Below, piece after piece: positions 34,313 through 47,630 of a DNA stretch of 64,000 nucleotides. The stretch spans positions 4,092,001 to 4,156,000 of the forward strand of contig OZ116700.1 of assembly GCA_964199315.1 (NCBI GenBank). The letters run 5' to 3'. The DNA comes from Orbicella franksi (Eukaryota). The translations under genes were made by a program, and so were the position numbers. How positions within the stretch are numbered: position 1 is the stretch's first letter; each line of letters starts with the position of its first letter. Under the pieces are notes generated by a model. The model ran no database searches and was not told the origin of the DNA. It saw only the letters and a list, made by a program, of their open reading frames with translations.

Positions 34313-37300
34313 TTCATATGTCGACACACAACCAGGCCTGACCATCAATCTGTTCTAGGATAATATTAAAACCGTGTGTTCGCGATATAAGTAATTTATC
34401 TTGAAGTGAGTTTTGTGTTCACTTAGAAATCAAGTTTTTTCACTGAAGTCTTGTTTTCTCTACAAGGTTAAAGAACAAGCGACACCTATGAACATCTATT
34501 CAGTTTTCTTGTGAGATGTAGCCCTTTTGGCTCATTTTCAGGCCTTTTGCGATCAACTGTACCGTGTGACGGAATGGTGCAATTGAATTTGTTTACCCAA
34601 CACTCTGACTTAGTCTTAAGCGTCCTTTTGAAGTAGAAGTACGAAAAGACACCATACAGGGCCTATGTCGACTGGCATAAGAGAAGAATAAGATAATAAT
34701 TTCAGGAAAGTTCAATTAACGTGATAACACATTCTGTATTCTGAGTGCTTTCAACCCTCAATCAAATTAAATGGGTGAAGTTCTTTAAGTTTTTATTGTA
34801 AACTATTTATATCGTTATTATTAGTGGTCTGGAACCTAGACTGTGAAAAACTATTTGCAGTGATTTAATAACATTAAGTTTCACGAGTCTCTATTGAGAA
34901 GCCATAGCTAACAAAGCGTCAGCCCTCACTGCTGACATCGAAATTTAGAGTTCGCTGTAGTTCTTGAATGAACAAAGTCAGCTCTTGAATTTTGCAACGA
35001 AAGTCAGTTTTTGCTATACTCCGGTGCTAGATTCATGCTCTATTCGGCAGGGAGTACATTTTCTCATTTTTTCCCCCTTTTATTGTACTGAAGTGGATGT
35101 TGTTATATCGGTTGTGGTCGTGCACTGTATTTGGCTCGCTGTAAAAGACACATTTTGATCATTCATGCTTTTATTTTTCTGTAGTTGCATGACACTGCAC
35201 ATTTGTTATTGCAAGACGATACACTCCACGCGTGCCGAGTTTGTTACTCATTTTGTGAAGTCACGGCAGCACAAGCTGATATCTTAACCTTCAATTGGCT
35301 TTAGAAGTCTAGCCGTTTTATGTAATTTGTTGAATTTTTTACGTTGCTGGAGGTTGCAGATTTTGTCTACATTGTATGTGCGTGAATTGATTGAGTTTAA
35401 TATGTGTTTCCTTTCTAATCCTGGTTAGGGACACTGGAATGTCTTGCTGACCCTTGGTACCACATGCTATTGCGTAAGGACATAATTTATGCATTGTATT
35501 CTTCTCGGCATTTTACACACCACTTGAAAACGCCAAACAAGATCCTCGCGACATTCACTAAACTAACATGTCTGAAATGTGACGGATAACACCATTGGGA
35601 AAGGACACATGATGAGACTCCAGGCGAAAGGACGAACCTAGTGTTAGACGGGACTCGCGATAAACAAAAAGTAAAAAACACTATGGAGGTGAGGAAAAAA
35701 ACAAACAAAACAAAGCAAAAAAATACTTGTTTACTATCGGTTAGTGATTCGGCATAGGTGTTTTACAACAACAGAAACAATTACTTCCAATTCAGTATCA
35801 AAGGTAACATAACAAAGACTGCTAAAATTTGACACGGATTACATGTAAGAACGATGGAGTTAAAAAAGGATAAAAACTTCAAGACGAAACCCCTCAAAGA
35901 CGACCATTTTGATCGACAAGACCACTCAATTTGTTTTCTGAAATAGTTTTACTATGTAAACTTAAGACTGTCTCGTCGAATATTTTGCAAGTCAAATTCA
36001 ACAAACCTACACGGTCTACATGGTAAACGTATAGTTAGAAGTGTGCCTGTGTGCACCAGTCTGTTGTTCATGACATTATTTTGGCTGAGAGTCGGGACTG
36101 ACTGACCCGTGTACGATTTCCTGGTTTAATATAAATAGTTTAGAACAGGAACGGTAACAGATTTACAACAGCTGTAAAGAGGATAGCGGTTAATGTGCGG
36201 CACGTGACCAGGGCATCAGTAAGTAAACGTGATATGCACGTAAATTTTGGCACAATTCGTACGTGTAACGGGCTCTTGGGCCCTTCTTTGTTACAACACG
36301 TGGACGCAATTTGGTTCGGACACTTGGCTAAGGTTTCTGGCGTCTCAGTCAGAGATTGTGTGCTTTCTTTGAAAACTCATTGGGAAGAATTCAGCAGGAG
36401 GAATGAAAAATTCAAAGTTGAAATTATTAAAAAAACGTAAAGAGCTTTGATTAAAAGATAAAGAACTCTTCTCTGAGTTATTGTATTTTCCAACTTTTCA
36501 TAGATAGCTAGTTAGTCGGCCAAGCGAGGTTTCCTTTCAGACCTTGCATGCATGAATGCGTATGCATACTACGGAAATATATACCGAACCTTTCAACCGT
36601 TACTTTGTCCGATGTTGCTGAAGCGTGACAGTCTATAGCACACTCTCAATATTCCGCTAGGTCAAGCGCGAAAACAATGCCAAATAATCCCAGCATGTGG
36701 TTTTGTCACCCATAAGGGTTTTGTTTTTAGCAAGAAAACTATGAAAAACAAAGTGAAAACAAAAGCTATAAACACAAGACACATGCAAACGAAAGGTTTT
36801 GAAAGATGATGTAATCAGATGCCGTATTTTGTGACTCTATGTTGAAGGAGCGCTCAGTCACGGTTTGCGCATATTGAAAAGTTTAACCTGAATTTTCAAA
36901 TTCGCCGTTTGCAATCCGTGTTAATCTTCTCCGTCCTTAGCCATCCTTGTTCCTTGATGGTTTATTATTATCTCTTTGGTGTTTTTCTATCTTATTAAAC
37001 TGTTATTTTCAGGTTTCCTACCATTTAAAGGTAATTTTGTATGTGGCCAAAATGAACTCAAAATACCGTGAATGAGCTCCTTTAACCCATTGACCGCTAA
37101 ACCCGACAAAATCGGGGCTGAGAGACTTGCTAAGCCTTCACTTTCTATGATAAGAGATCGAGTAAAGTTAGTTTCCCAACGCTGTAGTAGATATAAATAC
37201 GGAAGCAGAGTCAATGTTTCAGCGATCAAAAACTTTCGACGCTGTCACAGCGTCTCAAGAGAAAATGGCGGGAATCCATTTGTCCCGTGAACTTGGGTGA

Positions 37301-40300
37301 ACAAAGTCGCGTGCTAAAACATCCCCGTACGATAAGAGATGTTTTTCATGAACGTATACAGCTGATAAAGCGAGTAAGAAATATCACAAAGTATGCCTTG
37401 ATGAGCACGATTTGATGTTCTGGGCGAGAGATACACACGTAAAACCTACGAACTTGTATTCTGAAAATCGAAGAAAACCTTGTCCTTTTCCAGTCACTAT
37501 CGACTATTAACACTTTTAGTGCAAAATTTTCAGTTTTCTTGATATTCTGGTGAAAACGTTTCTAAAGCACACAAACGCCGCTAAATGACCATCGTGACCA
37601 CCAAAGAACGTAAAAGACAAAGAAATGGAAAAACGCCGATAAGACAAAAAATTCGAAAAATCTCAAAATTTTGCTTTCTGCCCTAGCCGAAATATTAGAG
37701 TGCTGCCTCAAAATGGAAGAGAATGTACAAAAATTAAGGACGGAAATGACGGAAGTGGGAAAGTTCTATTTCTGCAATCTACGCTTTTACTTAATTTTCA
37801 CTCTGTTACTCTGTTTAGTTTGCAAACACTCGATGTCTCACTCAACTTGTCAATTTACCGTCAACGATTTCTCGTTCAGTTTTCAATGGCGATTTCCATG
37901 ATGAGTTAACAAGGGACAGGATTATCGAGGTTTCGACAGTAGATAGCACCGTTGAGGTCTAAAATGCGTCCCATGGCGCAGCGAGGGCGGATGTTGATAT
38001 TTTTATTCATGATAATGATGATGATAGCAAAGCACCGATACTTGAACAACTTCATGGAAGTTGTACTGGACATTGCATCGAAAACAAATCACTACTTCAA
38101 TATTTTAATATAACATAGACCTTGGCAAGGAGAATTGTTAGAGGAAAAAAAAACATTAACCGGCGTCTTACCTGGCTTTAATCGTGATTCAAACTTGGCA
38201 GCGGCCTGTAACTTAGCTGTGATAAGACTCGAGTTATTGCAATATTCCTTATAGGACTACGTAACTGGTAAATTGTGTCTCGCCAATGATTTTGCAAGTC
38301 GAACGCAACAGAAGCGCAGGTTAGTACTGGGAAGACGTACAGCAGTCTATTCGCCTGTAGGCACTGATTCAAGGCAATCTGTTTGTGCTCATGCCATAAT
38401 TTGACCATGAGTTTAAAAAGGAAGTTTAAAAAAGAAGAAAAAGAACTCGGTCAACTTTTCACAAAACTGGTACACTCGCAATTAGCTGGCCTTGAAACCT
38501 AAAATTAAAAAGCACTTCTTGAAAACTTCTTAAGGATATTCATTGGAATCTCTTTTCCAAAGAAAATCAAATGATAAGGAATAAACATTGAACGCAATGT
38601 TTTCGTTTCTGCGATTAGACGTCAAAGACTCGAGTAAGTGACTCAAGGCAGTAAAAATCTTCTTCACATCGTGACATGAATCAGTACCCTCCGAATCTAC
38701 CTGCTTACTTAAATTACACTTAAAGCTATCTGCAACAGGCTTTTAGATCGCTTATGTTCATCAAACTTTATTATCTTTGTAACAACGTCTAATTTTCGAA
38801 CTGAGCCTGAAAGTTCTTAGTGTTTTTCCATTTGACCCTGAAATGTTCTTGGCAGTCAATTCAGCCGTGATAAAACGTGATAAAATGTTCTTAAGTTCCT
38901 TTTTACGCACACCGGGCAACGAATCAACTCCGCTCGTGCACGTGCCTAGCTAGGATCAGGAAGTTATCAAAACAGATACAACGGAGGATGTGTATACTAA
39001 TCGCTTATCTTCGAGCAATCTCTCTAAAAATAAAAGCATTTGGCTACTGGACTGCATAACTCACATTTTACCAAAGTTCATATTGTTCAGTTCTTTGAAA
39101 AAGTTATCAAAACGAACTTCCTTTTGTGACTCTCTGAAGCACAATTGTCCTCGAATGAAACTCATTTCATTTCACGGGATTTGCTGAAGAAAGCCAAGAG
39201 CGTTTGTTTACTTAGTTATTAAAATATCTAGCTGACTTGAATGACAGCCCTGTATTTCTCTGTAAAGAACCTTAACCTTAAAAGCAACACAGTAAACTGC
39301 ATGTGAGCAAAATGTTTGAAAAGATGATTTAATTTGATACTGTTTCAAATTCACGAAAGTGGGAAAGTTCCATTTTTTACAATGTATTTTTTCACGTAAT
39401 TTTCACTCAGTTATTATGTTTAGTTATTTTTTACCACCGAATGATTTCTCGTCCAGTCTTCAATGACGATTTTCATCACGAGCTAAGAAGGGACAGGGAA
39501 GAAGGGAAGGGACGTTGAGGCCTTGTGCGTCCCATGGCGCAACGAGGACTGATGTTGATCATTACTTTTGTCATGATGATGATGATAGCAAAGCACCGTT
39601 GCTTGAACAACTCCACAATAGTTGTACTAGAATTTGCATCGAAAACAAATCAGTACTTCAATATTTCAATATGAAGATAGACTTTGGTATGGAGAATTGT
39701 TAGAGAAAAAAAAAAAACATTAACCGGCTTTTTGCCTGGCTTGAATCGTGATTCAAACTTGGCAGTCACCTGTAATTCAACCGTGATAAAACGTGATAAA
39801 ATGTTCTTAAGTTCCTTGTTGCATACACGTGGCAACGAATCAACTCCGCACGTGTACGTGCCTAGCTAGGATCAGGATGTTATCAAAACAGATACAGCGG
39901 AAGATGTGTGAAGTAATCGCTTATGTTTGAACAGTCTCTCTAAAACTAAAAGCATTCGGCTACCGCATAGACTCGCGTTTTACCAAAGTGCATAGTATTC
40001 TTTATAAGAGTTATCAAAACAAACTTCCTCTAGTGACTCTCAGAAGCGCACGGACTTTGGTGAACAAAGCCAAGAACGTTCATTAATAACTAGTTTCTTG
40101 CATGACAACCCTACACTTCTCTGTAAAAACAAGAAATCATCTCTAAAAGCAATGCAGTAAACTTGCACGAGAGGAAAACGTTTGAAAATCTGCTTTAATT
40201 TGATGCCACGTTTCGTGACAGGAAGTTCAAAATGACGAAAGTGGGAAAGTTCTATTTCTGCAATGTACTTTTTCACGCAATTTTCGCTCAGTTATTCTAT

Positions 40301-43300
40301 TTAGTTCTCTTACAGCCAAAGATTACTCGTCCAGTTTTCAATGACGATTTCCATCACGAGCTAATCCTTGAAGCTTCGAAACTCGCGACTGCAGATATCT
40401 CTGCTGAGGTGCAACGAGGACGGATGTTAATCTTATTTTTCATGAGTGTGATTATGATGGTAAAGAACCGGTACTTGAACTACCCTACAGCAGCTGTACT
40501 GGACTTTGTATCGAACGACAAATCACTACTTCAATATTTTAATATATTTACTGGGCCTTTGCAAGGAGAATTGCAAGAGAAAAATCGCATTAACCAGCCT
40601 CTTGCCCGACTTGAATCGTGACTCAAACTTGGCAGTCACCTGTAATTCAGCCGTGGTAAGACTCGAGTTATTCCAATATTCCTTGTAGGATTACTATCGT
40701 TTAGTGATTACTATCGGTTAGTGATTTGGCACAAGTGGTTTACAACAATAGAAACAAATACTTCCAATTCAGTGTCAAAGGTAACATAGCAAAGACTGCT
40801 AAAATTTGAGACGGATTACATGTAGGAACGACGGAGTCAAAAAAGGATAAAACATCAAGACGAAACTCCTTAAGGCGACCATTTTGATCGACAAGACCAC
40901 TTAATTTGTTTTCTGAAATAGTTTTACTATGTAAACTTATGACTGTCACGCCCAATATTTTGCAAGTCAAATTCAACAAACGTAGACGGTCTACATGATA
41001 AACGTAGAGTTAGAGGTGAGCCTGTGTGCACCAGTCTGTTGTTCATGACATTATTTTGGCTGAGAGCCGGTACTGACTGACCTGTGTTCGATTTCCTGGT
41101 TCAAAACCAGAACGTTAATAGATTTACAACAGCCGTAAAGAGGATAGCGGTTAATGCGTGACACGTGACCAAGGCATTAGTAAATAAACGTGATACGAAT
41201 GTGAATTTTGGAACAATTCGTACGTGAAACGGGCTCTTGGGCCCTTCTTTGTTACAATACGTGGACACAATTTGATTCGGACCCTTCGCTAAGGTTTCTG
41301 GCGTCTCAGTCAGAGATTGTGTGCTTTCTTTGAAAACTAATTGGGAAGAATTCAGCAGGAGGAATGAAAAATTCAAAGTTGAAATTATTAAAAAGATAGA
41401 GCTTTGATTAAAAGATAAAGAACTCTTCTCTGAGTTATTGTACTTTCCAACTTTTCATAGGTTGCGATTTTTTTTCGCTAGTTGGCCAAGCGAGTTTTCC
41501 TTTCAGACCTTGCATGCATAAACGCGTATGCATACCACGCAAATAAAATACTGAACCTTTCAACCTTAACTCTGTCCGGTGTTGCTGAAGCGTGGCAGTC
41601 TGTAACACACTGTCGCAATATTCCGCTAGGTCAAGCGCGAAAACAATGCCAAACAATCCCAGCATGTGGTTTTGTCACCCATAAGGGTTTTGTTTTTAGC
41701 AAGAAAACTATGAAAAACAAAGTGAAAACAAAAGCTATAAACACAAGACACATGCAAACGAAAGGTTTTGAAAGATGATGTAATCAGATGCCGTATTTTG
41801 TGACTCTATGTTGAAGGAGCGCTCAGTCACGGTTTGCGCATATTGGAAAGTTTAGCTTTAATTTTTCAAATTCGCCGTTTGCAATCCGTGTCAATCTTCT
41901 CCATCCTCAGCCATCCTTGTCCCTTGATGGTTTATCATATCTCTTTGGTGTTTTTCTATCTTATTAAACTGTTATTTTCAGGTTTCCTACCATTTAAAGG
42001 TAATTTTGTATGTGGCCAAAATGAACTCAAAATACCGTGACTGAGCTCCTTCAACCCATTGACCGCTAAACGCGACATAATCGGGGCTGAGAGACTTGCT
42101 AAGCCTTCACTTTCTATGATAAGAGATCGAGTAAAGTTAGTTTCCCAACGCTGTAGTAGATATAAATACGGAAGCAGAGTCAATGTTTCAGCGATCAAAA
42201 ACTTTTGACGCTGTCACAGCGTCTCAAGAGAAAATGGCGGTAATCTATTTGTCACGTGAGCTTGGGTGAACAAAGTCGGGTGCTAAAACATCCCCGTACG
42301 ATAAGAGATGTTTTTCATGAACGTGTACAGCTGATAAAGCGAGTAAGAAATATCACAAAGTATGCCTTAATGAGCACGATTTGATGTTCTGGGCGAGAGA
42401 TACACACGTAAAACCTACGAACTTGTATTCTGAAAATCGAAGAAAACCTTGTCCTTTTCACTATCGACTATAAACACTTTTAGTGCAAAATTTTCAGTTT
42501 TCTTGATATTCTGGTGAAAACGTTTCTAAAGCACACAAACGCCGCTAAATGACCATCGTGACCACCAAAGAACGTAAAAGACAAAGAAATGGAAAAACGC
42601 CGATAAGAAAAAGAATTCGAAAAATCTCAAAATTTTGCTTTCTGCCCTAGCCGAAACATTAGAGTGCTGCCTCAAAATGGAAGAGAATGTACAAAAATTA
42701 AGGGTTAAAATTCACGGAAGTCCGAAAGTTCAATTTACTTTTCATGCTTGCAACCTGCTCTTCTTATACGAGTTTCACTCAGTTGCACTGTTCAACTTTT
42801 AGAAACACATTGCGACTTTTGATCTTATACCAGCGATGTCCCACTTTTAATGACAATTCCAAACCCGAAGAGACAGGATTATCGAAGCTTCGATATTTGT
42901 ATAAATTATACAGTCGTTTCTTAAACAACTCTAACGGTTTTATTATCTTCCCCAGGCCAGGAGTTGAAGGGTCATTTAAAGGAAACATTTGTTTTTTAAA
43001 CAAATTCGTAATCCTTATTGGCCGAGAAGAGCAGTCGGACTGACCTTGGCATTCCATGAACACGAAAAAAAAAAAAAAAAAAAACTATTACAACGTACAG
43101 TAACATTAAACTATGACAAGGGACCGAATGATTACGAGGAAGAGAAAAGGCACTAACCGGCCACTTGCTTTGCTTGAATCTTGATTCAACTTGGCAGCCG
43201 CCTCAAACTCGGCCATGATAAGACTCGAGTTATCCCAGCGAGTACTACCACTGAACTTTGTCGACTGGAAGATATCAATTCGAGAAGTACTCTGTAGGCA

Positions 43301-46300
43301 AAACTCCACTCTAATGAGCAGAAACATCGTGCAGAGATATTTATACCCCAGTTATAGCTGCAAAGTTTGTCACAAACGTTGTCAGTGCATGAGGAACAAA
43401 ACCAATTTCCTCTTCAGCACTCCAAGAACATACATCTGCTTTACCCCAATACGCAACAAGTATAGCTTTGAAGTTTCCGCATTCGCAAAAAATTGTCAAT
43501 ATTTACAATATTCCTATTAGGATTATGTAACAGTCGACTTTTCACAAAACGTGTACTCACTTTGCTGGCCTCGAAACATAAAATTAAAAAGCACTCCTTG
43601 AAAGCTTGTTACTGAAACCTTTTTTCCAAAGAACTTCGAACAATAAGAATAAGCATTGAACACAATGTTTTCGTTTCTGCGATAAGACGTCAAAGACTCG
43701 GCCTTATAGTGACTCAAGGAAGTTTACAAATCTTCTTTCTTTTACTTCACTTCATAAGATGAATCAGTTACCCGGCTCGAATCTATGTGCCAACTTAAAT
43801 TACACTTTAATTAAGCTATCTGCCAAAGGCCTTTAGATCGCCTTCGTTCGTCTCACTCTTTTTATTTTGTAACAACATCTAATTTTTCAACTGAGCCTGA
43901 AAGTTCCTAGTTTTCCTCCATTTGACCCTGAAATGTTTTTAGGTTCCATATCACCTGCACCTGTCTAATGAATCAATCCGCACGTGCACGTGCCTAGCTA
44001 GGATCAGGAAGTTCATCAAAACAGCTACAACGGAAAATGTTTAAGCGTGGAAGCTGTTCAAGCCGCGCGTGCGCGTGTCTAGCCATTTCACTCTGAAATG
44101 TTCTTTAGATGTTTTAAGTTCCTTGTCATGTACACGTGACAATTAATGGAGTGTGCCTAACTAGGATCAGGATGTTATCAAAGCAGATACAACAGAGGAT
44201 GTGTAAACTAATCGCTTATGTTCGCATATCTCCCTAAAATTAAAAGCGTTCGGCTACTGGACCGCATAGACTCACATTTTACCAAAGTTCAAAGTGTTCG
44301 AATTCTTTGAAAAGGTTATCAAAACTAACTTCCTTAGTGACTCTCAGAAGCACAACTGCCTTCGAACTCCGTCATTTTATGGCCTTTGGTGAACAAATTC
44401 AAGAACGTTTATCATAAATACCTAGCTACTCGTATGGCGACTCGGTATTTCTCTGTTAAGATGGCCAATAATCTCTAATAGCAAAGCAATTAACTTGCAC
44501 GTGAGCAAAACGATTGAAAAGCTGCGTTAATTTGATACCGTATTTCGTGACTGGGAGTTCAAAATGACGGAAGTGGGAAAGTTCTATTTCTGCTATCTAC
44601 TCTTTGACTTAATTTTCACTCTGTTACTCTGTTTAGTTTGCATACACTCGATGTCTCACTCAACTTTTCACTTTACCGCCAACGATTTCTCGTCCAGTTT
44701 TCAATGGCGATTTCCATCACAAGTTAACAAGGGTCAGGATTATCGAGGTTTCGACAGTATATATAGCACCGTTGAGGTCTAAAATGCGTCCCATGGCGCA
44801 ACGAGGACGGATGTTGATATTTTTATTCATGATAATGATGATGATAGCAAAGCACCGATACTTGAACAACTTCACGGAAGTTGTACTGGACATTGCATCG
44901 AAAAGAAATCACTACTTCAATATTTTAATATAATATAGACCTTGGCAAGGAGAATTGTTAGAAGGAAAAAGAACATTAACCGGCGTCTTGCCTGGCTTGA
45001 ATCGTGATTCAAACTTGGCAGCCGCCTGTAACTCAGTCATAATAAGACTCGAGTTACTCCAATATTCCTTGTAGGATTACCTAACTGGTAAATTGTGCCT
45101 CGTCAATGAATTTGCTGGTCGAACGCGACAGAAGCGCAGGTTAGCACTGGGAAGACGTACAGCAGTCTATTCGCCTGTAGGCACTGATTCAAGGCAAACT
45201 GTTTGTGCTCAGGCCATAATTTGACCATAAGTTTAAGAAGGAAGTTTAAAAAAGATGAAAAACAACTCGGTCGACTTTTCACAAAACCGGTACACTCGCA
45301 GTTAGCTGGCCTTGAAACCTAAAATTAAAAAGCACTTCTTGAAAACTTCTTAAGGATATTTATGGGAATCTCTTTTTCAAAGAAATTCAAATAATAAGAA
45401 ATAAACATTGAACACAATGTTTTCGTTTCTGTGATTAGACGTCAAAGACTCGAGTAAGTGACTCAAGGCAGTAAAAATCTTCTTCACTTCATGACATGAA
45501 TTTACCCTCCGAATCTACCTGCTTACTTAAATTAAACTTAAAGCTATCTGCAACAGGCTTTTAGATCGCTTTCGTTCATCAAACTCTATTATCTTTGTAA
45601 CAACGTCTAATTTTCGAACTGAGCCTGAAAGTTCTTAGTGTTTTTCCATTTGACCCTGGTATGTTCTTAAGATGTTTTGAAATTTCTTGTTACGCACACG
45701 TGGCTATGAATCAACTCCGCTCGTGCACGTGCCTAACTAGGATCAGGAAGTTACCAAAACAAATACAACGGAAGATGTGTATACTAATCGCTTATCTTCG
45801 AGCAATCTCTCTAAAAATAAAAGCATTTGGCTACTGGACTGCATAACTCACATTTTACCAAAGTTCGTATTGTTCGGTTCTTTGAAAAAGTTATCAAAAC
45901 GAACTTCCTTTGGTGACTCTCTGAAGCACAATTGTCCTCGAATGAAACTCATTTCATTTCACGGGATTTACTGAAGAAAGCCAAGAGCGTTTGTTTACTT
46001 AGTTATTAAAACAACTAGCTGACTTGCATGACAACCCTGTATTTCTCTGTAAAGAACAAACCAACCGTAAAAGCAACACAGTAAACTGCATGTGAGCAAA
46101 ATGTTTGAAAAGATGCTTTAATTTGATATTGTATTTCAAATTCCCGAAAGAGGGAAAGTTCCATTTCTGCAATGTATTGTTTTCACGCAATTTTCACTCA
46201 GTTATTATGTTTAGTTATTTTTACCGCCAAATGATTTCTCGTCCAGTCTTCAATGACGATTTTCATCACGTGCTTAGAAGGGACAGGGAAGAGGGAAGGG

Positions 46301-47303
46301 ACGTTGAGGCCTTGTGCGTCCCATGACGCAATGAGGACAGATGTTGATCGTTATTTTTTTCATGATCATGATGATAGCAAAGCACCTTCGCTTGAACAAC
46401 TCTACGATAGTTGTACTAGAATTTGCACCGAAAACAAATCAGTATTTCAATATTTCAATATAGAGGTAGACTTTGGCAAGGAGAATTGTTAGAGAAAAAA
46501 CAACAACAACAACAAAAACATTAACCGGCTTCTTGCCTGGCTTGAATCGTGATTCAAACTTGGCAGCCACCTTTAATTCAGCGATGATAATACTTGAGTT
46601 TTTCCAATATTCATTGTAGGATTACGTAACTGGCAAATTGTGTCTCGCCAACGATTTGCAAGTCGAACGCAACAGAAGGGCAGGTTAGCACTTGGACGAT
46701 GCACAACAGTGTTTACCACATTCACCTGTGCGCACAGAATTAATGTAAAATGCTTGCGATCTTGATACCATAATTTGACCATTAGTTAAAAAAGGAAGAA
46801 AAAGAAGCTGATCGACTTTTCACAAAACGTACTCTCGCTTAGCTGGTCCCGGAACTTGTTCACAACATTATTCCCCCCCCCCCCCCCAACAAATTATCTG
46901 CTAATTTAAATTATACTTTAATTAAGCCATCTACAACAGGCTTTTAGATCGCTTTCGTTCCATTTAACTCTTTTTTTTTTGTAACAACGTCTGATTGCCG
47001 AACTAAGCCTGAAGGTTTTTTTCTATTTGACCTGTACGTGCTCGTGCCTAGCTAGAATCAGGAAGTAATCAATTAATAAGTTTAGATTTCGGCTATTATA
47101 TAGTTATTCCAGCAAATGCCAGAACTTTCTCCACAGTGGGTTTTCAATGTAAAAAGTACAATGTAACGCAACAGCCCGCTCAATTGGGCGTAATGTTTTA
47201 TTCCTCGGATCCATGAAAAAGATCACTGTTTCAGCACTCAAAGGAACGACACTTAACTTTGGTAATCTCAAGAACACCTTCGACTCCGCATTCCAAATGG
47301 TAT

Positions 47304-47630
47304 TAGGGAGTTTAAGGAAACCACGACGACGCCGGACGACAACGAGAACGCCACCAAACAAAACGAAAAGGTTTGATGAGTAGAACAATGACTGTGCAAG
47401 TGCGTTATAAATCTTTGCACATTTCTTTGCTGTCCTCTGCACTACAAAAACGTGAAATTAATGTCTACGTTCTGCGTAGTCCGAGGAACGCGACGACAAC
47501 GGCTAATTTTTTTGTATTTCTGTTTGGAACCGAACGCTTTCGTTGCATAATTAGCCTTAGCATGTTTTTAGAGCCATTGGCGGTCTGAAGAGATCTAGAC
47601 AACTGCGAATTTTACTGGTAACAAGAAATC
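47304..47630. mobile_element. Truncated copy of the MITE at 50318
   Basis: Same left end (TAGGGAGTTTAAG...GACAACGAGAACGCCACCAAAC) at the same insertion site (CCAAATGGTAT) as the 50318 copy; right end missing. Confidence 0.65.

Noticed and set aside
38160-38220. tRNA/SINE-like B box on the minus strand of the repeat unit (GATTCAAGCC)
   Set aside because: Mismatch at the invariant G, no A box and no cloverleaf.
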